DNA of 64,000 bases from a virus. The stretch is from positions 1 to 64,000 of IMG/VR virus record IMGVR_UViG_3300027852_000002. One strand, written 5' to 3'. Each line of letters starts with the position of its first letter. Within the stretch, counting starts at the first letter, position 1. Positions 44,590 to 54,015 of this stretch are shown here, piece by piece. The notes under the pieces were generated by a model. It was not told the origin of the DNA and ran no database searches. It was given only the letters and a program-made list of their open reading frames with translations. The translations under genes were made by a program, and so were the position numbers.

Positions 44590-45849
44590 TTAAATAACAA
44601 CACCATTCCGGCGTACTTCTACAGTAACCCGATCACCCATAGCGAAAGTCTGGACATCATCAATAGGTTCTTTCAAAGTTGAAAGAAACTGTAACAACCC
44701 ATCTCTCTTAACAAACGCCATTGCCCCTTCACGACTTACAGGGAACGACACTTTCTTTTCTGATAATAGCTGTACTTCTCCAGTAGGAAAAGCTACTGCG
44801 AACCCCCGATCACTCATCCATACTGCCATCGTGCCCTGACCTTCGCCTTCTCCAAAATCAGAAGCATCTACGTTCATACCAGTATACCACAAGGCTTTTG
44901 AGCTAGAAGCTTTCTTCAACTTCATCTGCGGAGCATCTTCCCCTGCAAGAAAGTATGTTTGATCAGCGCTAACTACCATCCCTCCATCAACGAACTCCAT
45001 CATAGATACATCTTCAGAAAAATAGAAGAAATTCGCAGCTCGGCGTACTTGCCCATAAGCAAGCGCTTCGGTATACCAAATAACTTTACCAACAGCCATG
45101 TAAATACGCCCGTTATAATACCGAACTATGCTGGCCGGTTCAGGCGGAGTAATATGCTGAGTGCGTAAAGGTGCACCATATATACCGTTAAGAACAGAAG
45201 CGAGTGACGTAACCGTACGCTCCGCTTCGTAGAAGATATCACCATTGAGCTGAGTAATATAAACTCGTGCTTCAACAGCATCTCCCAAATAAACGATATC
45301 TGATACGTAAATCCCTGCAGTTTCTAAAAGTGTAACCAGCTGCGCTTCACAAGCTCCTGACTCTTCGCCTGCTGCATTAGCATAAGTAATACATACTTGG
45401 TAATCTCCGGCAGGTAATGCCCCAGCTCCTGTTTCAACAGTCGGTGCTTGAGGAACAGGGAGACCCCAGTTTTCAACTGCGCCATCCTGGATAATTCCTT
45501 TCTCATAGCCGTTAGAAAAATAAATATCGCTATTAACTTCCGCAAAAGACATACGAGCATCGAGCGTAAAACCGGATTGCAGAGTAACTTCAGTACCATC
45601 CTCATCAACTGAGTATAAAGTATCTCCTTGTACAACGTACCCAACTGTATCCCCAAAAGCTGACCACAAACTATGACGCTTCCCAGACTGCAGTAACTCA
45701 TACCCAGGACGTTGGCGAAGTTTGTTAGTGTTGGTCAAGTCAACATTTTGCGCCTTACGTAGTTCTCCAGGCTTTAGTTCTTCCCCACGACCACGGTTAT
45801 TTATACCTAAGAACTTATTAATTTTGATGGTAGGATCATTAGTAGGCAT
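44590..45849 (-). CDS. virion structural protein (function unassigned)
   Basis: Start moved to ATG 45849, right after the upstream stop. Confidence 0.7.
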   Translation of the reverse strand: MPTNDPTIKINKFLGINNRGRGEELKPGELRKAQNVDLTNTNKLRQRPGYELLQSGKRHSLWSAFGDTVGYVVQGDTLYSVDEDGTEVTLQSGFTLDARMSFAEVNSDIYFSNGYEKGIIQDGAVENWGLPVPQAPTVETGAGALPAGDYQVCITYANAAGEESGACEAQLVTLLETAGIYVSDIVYLGDAVEARVYITQLNGDIFYEAERTVTSLASVLNGIYGAPLRTQHITPPEPASIVRYYNGRIYMAVGKVIWYTEALAYGQVRRAANFFYFSEDVSMMEFVDGGMVVSADQTYFLAGEDAPQMKLKKASSSKALWYTGMNVDASDFGEGEGQGTMAVWMSDRGFAVAFPTGEVQLLSEKKVSFPVSREGAMAFVKRDGLLQFLSTLKEPIDDVQTFAMGDRVTVEVRRNGVVI

Positions 45850-45850
45850 C

Positions 45851-46237
45851 TTATCCCCCAAATATGGCTTTGGCGATCTCAGCTATATTAGCTAAAAAAG
45901 CAATAAAAGCACCTACGAATACAGCAGTACCGAACACCCATTTAAGGATATGTTTATTTTTAGTAACTTGCATATGCAACTGCACAAATTCATCCTTAGT
46001 AACAAACTGCGCAACAAGAAGCTCGTTATGCTTAGAAATTTCGTCGTGGATATCTGTATGGATATCTTTACCGATCCTATCCAAGCGCTTATGCAGAGCG
46101 TTGATCGCAGCATGCAATTCTCCCCATCGTCTATCTTCTTCTTGCATGTGCTTAATCACCTGTTCATGAGCCCATTGCTGTTCTCGTTCAAGGATTGATA
46201 CTCGTGTTTCTAACTGCTGTACAGTTTCTTTACACAT
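45851..46237 (-). CDS. coiled-coil protein with C-terminal transmembrane helix
   Basis: C-terminal WVFGTAVFVGAFIAFLANIAEIAKAIFGG; GAGGAA upstream. Confidence 0.65.
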   Translation of the reverse strand: MCKETVQQLETRVSILEREQQWAHEQVIKHMQEEDRRWGELHAAINALHKRLDRIGKDIHTDIHDEISKHNELLVAQFVTKDEFVQLHMQVTKNKHILKWVFGTAVFVGAFIAFLANIAEIAKAIFGG

Positions 46238-46246
46238 AGCGTTTCC

Positions 46247-46570
46247 TCAAGCATCGTCCAAATTAGGGAATACCGTAAAAGAACCAGTCTCAGAAGACCA
46301 AGTGCCTGTTGGTAATACTACTCGTCCTTGTATCTGCCATAATTCAGTCTCATCCAAGTCATCAGCTATAGTGACATATTGAATTTTCCCATCTGTACCA
46401 TCAGTAGTAAACACTGCATCTTTCACTACAGAAGTTTCTGACTCTGACTTGAAAAAAATAATGTACATATCAGTTGCTAAACTAATATCCATTATGCCAA
46501 CACAATCTTCAAGTTCAACTTCAAAAACAGTACCAATATCACCTTTATGAATTTCATTTTCACAAGACAT
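46247..46570 (-). CDS. small beta-rich protein, possibly an Ig-like fibre/baseplate accessory domain
   Basis: 107 aa. The pattern GD.G..F.V.L.D....DLS.A.....F......DG...Y......L...G.W..Q..V resembles BppU_N-type domains (from memory). Confidence 0.55.
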   Translation of the reverse strand: MSCENEIHKGDIGTVFEVELEDCVGIMDISLATDMYIIFFKSESETSVVKDAVFTTDGTDGKIQYVTIADDLDETELWQIQGRVVLPTGTWSSETGSFTVFPNLDDA

Positions 46571-46571
46571 G

Positions 46572-46757
46572 TTATAGCTCCAAAGAAAAATCTACTTTAC
46601 GTCGTATTTTTAATCCTACAGCTACCAAAGAACGAGTAGGTAAATTAAAACTAACTTGCGGTCTTACACCTAAGTTAAAAGCAACCGCTCTCCGTGCCTT
46701 TAGAGTATGAGCAACAGCACGCCTAGCTTTTAAAGTAAATTGGATAGTATCGCTCAT
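46572..46757 (-). CDS. small repeat protein (LK[AI]RRxVxFxL-type repeats)
   Basis: ATG 46757 in a TGATG junction. About five tandem 10-aa repeats are conserved at the peptide level but diverged at the DNA level. Confidence 0.5.
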   Translation of the reverse strand: MSDTIQFTLKARRAVAHTLKARRAVAFNLGVRPQVSFNLPTRSLVAVGLKIRRKVDFSLEL

Positions 46758-46888
46758 CACCCTTCCAAAGAAAATTGTACCAACCGTCGTATCTTCAACG
46801 TAAATCTTACAACTTCACGCCAACCTATAGTTCCAATCCCAAGACCAAACGTACATATACCCTTTTTATTTAGCCCAAACGTATTCAT
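46757..46888 (-). CDS. small protein (43 aa, not in track) sharing the C-terminal repeat motif
   Basis: Hand translation MNTFGLNKKGICTFGLGIGTIGWREVVRFTLKIRRLVQFSLEG; ATGA junction with the upstream fibre gene. Confidence 0.45.
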   Translation of the reverse strand: MNTFGLNKKGICTFGLGIGTIGWREVVRFTLKIRRLVQFSLEG

Positions 46889-48129
46889 TGCGGCGTCAAC
46901 TCAGACATATCAGCGTTAGTATCAAATACATGCAACGGAGTAACATTATCAGTGTCATAAATAGTTACAGTATTTGCACCCTTATCCCACTTACGCCGGT
47001 TGTAAGCTGCATCGAATAGAGCCTGCACCTGAGTAGGAATAATAGCAGCATTGGTATGGATAGTAGTACCACTAGTTGTGCCTATGATCTCACAGATACC
47101 TCGAACATAAATATCACCGGCAGTCAAGTTATCACCCAACACCAAAGTAGATCCTGACACCACATCCAGGCAAACAGTATTAGCACCAGTCAGATTTTCC
47201 AGCTTCACCGGGCCTGACCAGTTACGAAACGCTAGATTACGACCGCTGCCGCCTAGATTGACCACCGGCAAATCCGCAGCACCCTGACCGACGCAACCAG
47301 ACTTACAATCGATGATAAACGAATCATCGGAACCGTCAATACTGATGTTACCACTTAACTTACACTCTTCGATCTGCCCCTCAATGTACTGCAAATTATG
47401 AATATTACAACCATTAATCCAACTATTACCATCCAGCACCGAGTCGGTAATCGTAGCATTCAGGATCTGGCAATCTAATACATCAGCTCCTGACTGAATC
47501 GTCAAAGTAGTTAGAATTGGATTCTGCCCTTTGATAGAAAACCCCGCCAAAATATCGCCTGATACAAAAGCAAAATTGCCTATCACTCCGATGGCATCAA
47601 GACCTACGTTACTAGCTATCGACACCGCATTATTCACATGGTAAAGAGGATATTTACGATTACCCACCCCTGAGATATCCTCAGTACCGTCCAAAGTGCT
47701 GTCGCTCTTAAGCCATACTGCATTTTGATAAGAAGCAAATTCCAGCTGCTCAGCCATAACCGAGGTCACTCCCTGAGTGATAGGTTGCAGGCCCAGAATA
47801 GCCGCTGTATACGCTCCATCAGTGGGAACGAACGCTGGCAAAGAGGTGCTATCCACAGCGAGGTTGCCAGTTAAGTAAATAGTGATGTCTTCCTCGGGTG
47901 GCTTTAAGCGCCAGCCATCAGTATTGTTCAGAAAAATGTAGCCACCCTGGTTGATGATCGAAGACAAGGGCGCTCCACCGTCTGAACGGAACAGAGCTGG
48001 GTAATGCCTATTATCAGGGTGCCCCAGCATCCAGTCCTTCCACGGTTCATACAGATCATCGAACACATCGACTTCAGATTGACCTGAATCGAGTGTTACG
48101 ATTAAATTGTCTCCATCGAATGTTGGCAT
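46885..48129 (-). CDS. tail fibre/tailspike-like protein (beta-helix-like repeats)
   Basis: 414 aa with short periodic N/G/I/D-rich strands (e.g. DCQILNATITDSVLDGNSWINGCNIHNLQYIEGQIEECKLSGNISIDG). TGATG junction. Confidence 0.6.
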   Translation of the reverse strand: MPTFDGDNLIVTLDSGQSEVDVFDDLYEPWKDWMLGHPDNRHYPALFRSDGGAPLSSIINQGGYIFLNNTDGWRLKPPEEDITIYLTGNLAVDSTSLPAFVPTDGAYTAAILGLQPITQGVTSVMAEQLEFASYQNAVWLKSDSTLDGTEDISGVGNRKYPLYHVNNAVSIASNVGLDAIGVIGNFAFVSGDILAGFSIKGQNPILTTLTIQSGADVLDCQILNATITDSVLDGNSWINGCNIHNLQYIEGQIEECKLSGNISIDGSDDSFIIDCKSGCVGQGAADLPVVNLGGSGRNLAFRNWSGPVKLENLTGANTVCLDVVSGSTLVLGDNLTAGDIYVRGICEIIGTTSGTTIHTNAAIIPTQVQALFDAAYNRRKWDKGANTVTIYDTDNVTPLHVFDTNADMSELTPQ

Positions 48130-49796
48130 CAGTCCACCGGATCGTAGTTGCGATCAGTCTGCTGGTTCACGTCTATGTTTTGAGATACTGAGAACGTCTT
48201 ATTTATAACGAATATCTCAAGCTTACCAGGATAGATGATCTTATAATCAATTGCAGCCCCTGCTGATACAGAAGCTACATAACTGGTTCCGCTGCTATCA
48301 GTACCAGCATCTGCATAATCACTGGTTCCTGTGTCGAATACCCGCACCTCAGATCCCGCTACCAGAGGTGTAAAAGTTAAATTGATTGTGGCGACGTCAT
48401 CAGACGTAGCACTAGTTCCGTTCCTAAACGACGGTTGGGTACCCCCGCCGGAGCGGTTGAATGTCCTGGCCGCTGCAGCGTTGTTGTAAATCATCGCGTC
48501 ATTGGAGCCAGACGCCGGGGTATTGTTATCGCCAGGTGTGCCGCCGTAGGAACCAGTGAAGAGATTACCCACGTTATTCTGGGAGGAAGGCCCTCCAGTT
48601 AAGATCTCGATACCATGTCCGTCAGTAAACTCAAAGTTGCTATATGCAATATCCCCGAGGTCATCCGTGTCCATATAGGCTACACCGTCAGCAGTGTTAG
48701 GAGCAATCACAGAAGCACGGACAACACTGGCATTCGATACGTGGGCCTTATTACCATCAATCAGCAAAACGGACGCCAAGTCATTCGCTGCATCATCCAG
48801 ATCCAGAGTGGCACTATGGATGAGAGAACAACCATAGATACCAATACTATCAATGTTGGCATCATCAAAGTCCAGTGACCATCTGGCACCACCGGACGCA
48901 GCGGTAACTACCCAACCCTGAGCACCAGTAGCGTCGTTGCCTGTCCCGGCCTTCACACCTGCCGTGATGTTGGTAGTACCGCCCGAGTTACCCAGAGCAG
49001 ACAGTGCGTAGAAATCATCGGGCAAGAACTCCTGATCATCCCAGAGAAGCACTTGGTTGGTGTCAGTAAACTCATGGGTAGAGGTGTCATTGATGCCAAA
49101 CTGCACCGGGGCGTTTAATACAACAGAGCCACCAGGGCCGCGTCTGCAAGTACCCCATTTACCTGTGTCAGCGGCAGACACAACATCGTCCCACTTCCAG
49201 TCGGTTGTTCCTCCATTCTTACCTTCAATCTTGATGCCTGCAGTACCATCTGGTAGACGAGTGATCTGATCAAGCCAAGTATTATCCACCATTCGAGGCA
49301 TGATAGTGGCCGTCTGGGACGAAATCCCAACATAGCGTATAGCCGATGTTGCAGGGGTAGTTCCGTTCGTCCAGCCAGCAGTAACTGCCTCAGACCGAGC
49401 GGTTTCGATATCTACCACGAACTGTACCCAGCCGCCCTCAAAAGCGGTAGGCCATGCATCAGATCCAGCGACGTACACCTCGAACCAATCAGTTACGGTA
49501 GCACCACAAAAGCGAACAGTCAGTCCTCCGTTGGATTTGGTCTTGAGGAACGCCACAATCGCACAGTTAACTAGCAGATGGAACGTGTTACTCGACCAAT
49601 CCTGAGCAGACCCAGCATCATGTAGTAGACCATCACGGGTCGTGCCGCCGTAGTACCCCCAGGAAGAGGATCCCTGGTAGTAAACCTCGGTATCGTTAGT
49701 GCCGCTTGCGCCACCAGTCAGATCGTCAGGAGCAGACGTGCTCTCCATCGTATCGACATTAGTGCGACCATCAGTGATCTGGTTAGCCACGGACAC
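48129..49796 (-). CDS. tail fibre-like protein
   Basis: 555 aa, rich in G, T, S, D and N; adjacent to the other fibre genes. Confidence 0.6.
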   Translation of the reverse strand: MSVANQITDGRTNVDTMESTSAPDDLTGGASGTNDTEVYYQGSSSWGYYGGTTRDGLLHDAGSAQDWSSNTFHLLVNCAIVAFLKTKSNGGLTVRFCGATVTDWFEVYVAGSDAWPTAFEGGWVQFVVDIETARSEAVTAGWTNGTTPATSAIRYVGISSQTATIMPRMVDNTWLDQITRLPDGTAGIKIEGKNGGTTDWKWDDVVSAADTGKWGTCRRGPGGSVVLNAPVQFGINDTSTHEFTDTNQVLLWDDQEFLPDDFYALSALGNSGGTTNITAGVKAGTGNDATGAQGWVVTAASGGARWSLDFDDANIDSIGIYGCSLIHSATLDLDDAANDLASVLLIDGNKAHVSNASVVRASVIAPNTADGVAYMDTDDLGDIAYSNFEFTDGHGIEILTGGPSSQNNVGNLFTGSYGGTPGDNNTPASGSNDAMIYNNAAAARTFNRSGGGTQPSFRNGTSATSDDVATINLTFTPLVAGSEVRVFDTGTSDYADAGTDSSGTSYVASVSAGAAIDYKIIYPGKLEIFVINKTFSVSQNIDVNQQTDRNYDPVD

Positions 49797-50214
49797 CTCG
49801 TTTTACAAAGCGATCATACAATACGATGTACGCCGCGCAGAACGCATACATTTCGTGAGCTACCGTAGGAATATAAACTACGGCGTCGGGCTTGCGCCCC
49901 CCAAGAGTTTCTTCAGTTATTACTCCATGGGACCTCCCAAAGAGAAAAATAGTGTTGTCGTCTTCATGATCATACTGGCGTAGTGATACCTCCCCTTTGA
50001 TGCACTCAGCATCTCGGGGAGACAGCACCACCAGAGGACGATCATCTGGCAAGTCTGCTGCACTGCGAACAGGTATCGGGTTTTGGTAAACGCGCATATC
50101 GTCTTCCTGCCCGATCTCCCATACATCCTCCACACCGAAGTTGGAGAATGCGAAGGACCACAAGTCCTGAAACTTGTGGTTCTTCTCACAGTGAAAGCAA
50201 ACTCCTGTTGCCAC
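49783..50214 (-). CDS. SPOUT (TrmH/TrmL-like) fold protein candidate
   Basis: 143 aa. Three segments follow the order of the SPOUT motifs: FAFSNFGVEDVWEIG, TIFLFGRSHGVITEE and VVYIPTVAHEMYAFCAAYIVLYD. GTG start. Confidence 0.45.
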   Translation of the reverse strand: MATGVCFHCEKNHKFQDLWSFAFSNFGVEDVWEIGQEDDMRVYQNPIPVRSAADLPDDRPLVVLSPRDAECIKGEVSLRQYDHEDDNTIFLFGRSHGVITEETLGGRKPDAVVYIPTVAHEMYAFCAAYIVLYDRFVKRGVRG

Positions 50215-50215
50215 G

Positions 50216-53173
50216 TTATAACACCACGTTACGTTCCTGCTGACTCTGGAGCGGTACAGTTAGTGGTGTACCGGACGAGATAGACAGGACTGAAGATGCG
50301 GTGAACTGAGCTGTTTCACGCCCGATGGCCTTTGCTTTCACGAAGGTCTGGGTGGATACCGTCCGTCCACCCTGGGTATTAGAATCAAAGGCAAAGTTGA
50401 ACGCAAAGTCCAAATCAGCTTCTACGCTAGCAACCTGAGTCAGTGTCACTGAGCCTCCAGCTGCCTGAGTATCGATCACCGGCTCAAACTGATTCTGCTC
50501 AACTGTGATGGTACCAGCTGCAACCGTGAGTACTTTCACCACCTTACCAGCGTTGGTACCAGAACCAGCCCCGCTAATGCGCAGACGGTCTCCTATCGAG
50601 AACACGGCTAAGCCACTATTGGTATCACCAATGGTATCAGTGGTGGTAAAACTGATCGTAGTATCCGTCAACGAATTGTTAGTGTCCACGATGAGAGCAC
50701 TCGGAGTGTCGAACGGGTGTTCATCCACATTTACGGCTGCGGAAGAGGTTGTGACCATGGCTTCTCCATCATAGCGGGTCACCGTCCATGTGGCGGTAGA
50801 AGTCTCAGTCACTACCTGATAAACCCCATTCATAGGTTCATCGTCTCCAGCCAAACCGTCTAACCGGATATACGCGCCATCTCCTTCATCCAGCGTAGGC
50901 AAATTAGAACCAGCCGAAGTGATAGTACCGCCAGCATTAACTACCAGATCAGAGACAGAGGTGCGGATAGTACGATCAAAGAACAGGTCGCCTTCAGCTA
51001 CAGTGTCATCGATAAGAATCTGGTTGAAGTCAAGAGTAACAGCGATGGTCTCTTCATTAGAACGTAAGACCCCAGTATTGTCCCAGAACTTCACGTTGTT
51101 AGCGTCGTCAGCGTGGACGTTCTCACAGTACACACCAGAACCGCCGCCTTCAGGGTTAGTCGGGAAGGACAGACCGCCGTCAACAGAACCAAACTCCAGT
51201 ACAGCACCGTTAAACCGGATCAAGCCGTCCAAAGTACGACCGATGTTAGTACCCTGAGAATCAATATCAGTAGACTGGCGCAAGGCATATTGAACATATT
51301 CATAAATCTCAGATGCAGTCTTACCATTGCCATCAATTACAATACCGAAATCCTGAGCACCACCTACTAGCTTGCCGCCACCTTTAGATTGTCCGGTGCC
51401 GTAGAACCCAATGGTGATTCCATATCCTGATACAGTAGCATCAGCTGTAGTAATATTCGCATCTTCAACAGTACCCAAACCAAATACAAATGCGCGGTTA
51501 GAGAGTTGAGAAGCAAGTGCGTCTGCCAGCCCCTGCTGAGCGAAGGACTTACCGTAAGTGTCATCGTCACGAGGACGCAGCTTCAAAGAAAAGGCGAACC
51601 TGTTATCGATGGTCAGAGTTGCGGTGTTATCGTCCGTGGTATCAGAGAAGGTAACCGCACCGCCAGTAAGCGTAGTAACAGTCAGGGCCCCCGTAGCTAC
51701 CGCAGTGATCAGGTAAGTACCGTCATCAGCTGAAGTCTCAGCATTCGCAACAATAACCCGGCCACCAACCTTGTAGCCGTCTGCTACGAAGTCACCGGAA
51801 TCATTACGATCAATAGTGTCACCAGTATCATTGAAGTCATAACCTTCAGTTGCGGTGGCCTGTGCACGGGTTACCGTAGCGTCATACACCTTGATGGACT
51901 CATCTACTGGGCCAGCAAGCTCAAAGTCCACTGTGTCGTCCAGAGCGGTGTTAGTGCCGAACTGGTAAAAACCCAGGTCACGGTCATTATCTTCCACCGT
52001 AGCGTTGGACCGGATAGCAGCGTATTCAGCGGTAACCAAACCAGCTGAGTCAATCTCCTGCCAACCCATGTTTCGGACCAGCTTACGAGACCGAACACCA
52101 AACTCACTATTGTCTACGAAGATCCAACCAGAGTTGTTGCCCGAGGCGTCCTGGCCTACAAGATACTTACCAGCGTCCGAGTCAATGTTAAACATCGGAA
52201 ACGGAGCATTCTTGATCAGAAAGTTGTCATCCTTCCAGTCGATCATTGCACGAGAGTACAGTGGTTGACCTAACACGCCAGTGTCATCGACCCAAGGGTC
52301 AGTCTGGATGTTGAGGGCTTCTGAAGCAGCAGTTGCCGGAGTCTTACCGTCAGACACCATCTCCAGGGTCCAATCAGCACTTACGGTAGTGATGCTGCGT
52401 ACCACGTAGTAGCCGTTGTTGGCTGCGGTGGCGTGATCTGTGACTAACACCTTCTGACCAATCTTTACAGTCGGAAGGTTGTTACCCGCAGAGGTCACTC
52501 CAACAGTTGCACCAGAAGGGGTACCCCACACTGCATCTGACACAGCGGTAATAACTACACCCGGTTGCTCCAGGATATAGAAGCCCAAGGCAGCAGTGTC
52601 GTAGAACACCGACTTCTGCTCAGTGATAACGTTACCAGTATTGGCGGTATCGTTGGCTGGGTTACTGCCTGTAATCTTAGTGCAGGCATAACCATTAGTC
52701 ACTGTACTAGCTACCTGATATACACCGTCGTTGCCAGCAGTATTAGCGTTACGAATCTCGAACCGTTCGCCAACCTCCATCACTGGGAGCGTGAGAACCG
52801 CATCCGTGATCTCGGTGGTTGCAGCAGAGCTACTAGCCCACACAAGGTTAGAGTGAGAAGTATTCAGAGAACACAGGATATCGCAGTCCCGCCCGGTGCC
52901 ATCTACTACAGGATCCGAACCGGATACTTTGCGCACATCTGTGGTACCTGCAGCAGGAGCCGTATCATCTACTTGATACAAACCATTATTAGTGGCCTGT
53001 GGATGGTTACGAATCTCAAAAAATTCTTTGTCCACCATAACTGGGATATTGGTACCCACACTAGTAATAGTTACTGCATCCCCTGTAGGGGTACCGAATA
53101 CTAAGTCAGAGCAATTTTGGATATTGCCTTGGCTAATTGAATGCGGGTCTGCCGCTACTGTTGGATTTGGCAT
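50216..53173 (-). CDS. large structural protein with six internal repeats
   Basis: 985 aa. The motif x(F/V)xIxNxxxxxNNGxYxVxx recurs six times. Confidence 0.75.
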   Translation of the reverse strand: MPNPTVAADPHSISQGNIQNCSDLVFGTPTGDAVTITSVGTNIPVMVDKEFFEIRNHPQATNNGLYQVDDTAPAAGTTDVRKVSGSDPVVDGTGRDCDILCSLNTSHSNLVWASSSAATTEITDAVLTLPVMEVGERFEIRNANTAGNDGVYQVASTVTNGYACTKITGSNPANDTANTGNVITEQKSVFYDTAALGFYILEQPGVVITAVSDAVWGTPSGATVGVTSAGNNLPTVKIGQKVLVTDHATAANNGYYVVRSITTVSADWTLEMVSDGKTPATAASEALNIQTDPWVDDTGVLGQPLYSRAMIDWKDDNFLIKNAPFPMFNIDSDAGKYLVGQDASGNNSGWIFVDNSEFGVRSRKLVRNMGWQEIDSAGLVTAEYAAIRSNATVEDNDRDLGFYQFGTNTALDDTVDFELAGPVDESIKVYDATVTRAQATATEGYDFNDTGDTIDRNDSGDFVADGYKVGGRVIVANAETSADDGTYLITAVATGALTVTTLTGGAVTFSDTTDDNTATLTIDNRFAFSLKLRPRDDDTYGKSFAQQGLADALASQLSNRAFVFGLGTVEDANITTADATVSGYGITIGFYGTGQSKGGGKLVGGAQDFGIVIDGNGKTASEIYEYVQYALRQSTDIDSQGTNIGRTLDGLIRFNGAVLEFGSVDGGLSFPTNPEGGGSGVYCENVHADDANNVKFWDNTGVLRSNEETIAVTLDFNQILIDDTVAEGDLFFDRTIRTSVSDLVVNAGGTITSAGSNLPTLDEGDGAYIRLDGLAGDDEPMNGVYQVVTETSTATWTVTRYDGEAMVTTSSAAVNVDEHPFDTPSALIVDTNNSLTDTTISFTTTDTIGDTNSGLAVFSIGDRLRISGAGSGTNAGKVVKVLTVAAGTITVEQNQFEPVIDTQAAGGSVTLTQVASVEADLDFAFNFAFDSNTQGGRTVSTQTFVKAKAIGRETAQFTASSVLSISSGTPLTVPLQSQQERNVVL

Positions 53174-53183
53174 TTCTATTTCC

Positions 53184-53525
53184 TCAAGTTACATTAGTTG
53201 AACCATGGTTCCCTTGATCAGCTATGATTGACGCTAGAGCTGTTTCTATTGCCTGAAGTGCGTTAATCAAATCCATATCGCCTACTGCTGCTTTTCCCAT
53301 TGCAGTCTTCAGATAATCTTCAAGAGTAATGTGGTAAGCCTGACGCTCATAATAACGCTTCCCCTTACTATCAAGAGCAAACAGGCGATAAATAATTTTC
53401 AAATGATACACCGGGACGACCGAGCTGTCCTCTTCGTGAGGTTGTTCGATTATTAACCGTTCCAGATGGACATTTTTATATTCCAGCGGCGGCTGTTTTG
53501 GTGGTGTATTAACTACGATTGCCAT
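53184..53525 (-). CDS. virion-module hypothetical protein
   Basis: Start moved to ATG 53525, after the upstream stop at 53530. Confidence 0.6.
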   Translation of the reverse strand: MAIVVNTPPKQPPLEYKNVHLERLIIEQPHEEDSSVVPVYHLKIIYRLFALDSKGKRYYERQAYHITLEDYLKTAMGKAAVGDMDLINALQAIETALASIIADQGNHGSTNVT

Positions 53526-53529
53526 TCTG

Positions 53530-54015
53530 TTATACTCCGACTTCCCAATCTTCTGCACCAACATGCCTATTCAATTTTATAGAGCCGTCTAGCAACCCTG
53601 CTTCCACTTCCACTACACTTAATTCACTGATTATGTAAGGAGCAATAACAGCAGCTGACGGTTTTAAGTAGCTTTTAATTGCATACTGAAATTCACCATC
53701 TAGTAAAATAGGATCTCCACTCTCATCCACTACTAACTCTTTCTTTGTAGTTTGCCCACCAACTAATGAAACAGTTCCAGTATAGTTAGCAGTAGCTCCA
53801 GCCATTACTATTTCAGTAGCTTCACCACCCCAACCACCCATAGGCACTACTTCGCCTTGTACTAGCCTGCGGCCAGTTACCACCTGTGTTCCTGGCATCT
53901 GAGAGAAGGTAGAAACATTAAAACCAATAGCTTCTAATAGAGCAATGAAAGCTTCGGGGAAACTAGCCTTTGGAATTGCTGGTACATCTAAAATTACTTG
54001 ATATGTTCTGCTCAT
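53530..54015 (-). CDS. virion-module hypothetical protein
   Basis: 161 aa; TAATG junction. Confidence 0.65.
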   Translation of the reverse strand: MSRTYQVILDVPAIPKASFPEAFIALLEAIGFNVSTFSQMPGTQVVTGRRLVQGEVVPMGGWGGEATEIVMAGATANYTGTVSLVGGQTTKKELVVDESGDPILLDGEFQYAIKSYLKPSAAVIAPYIISELSVVEVEAGLLDGSIKLNRHVGAEDWEVGV

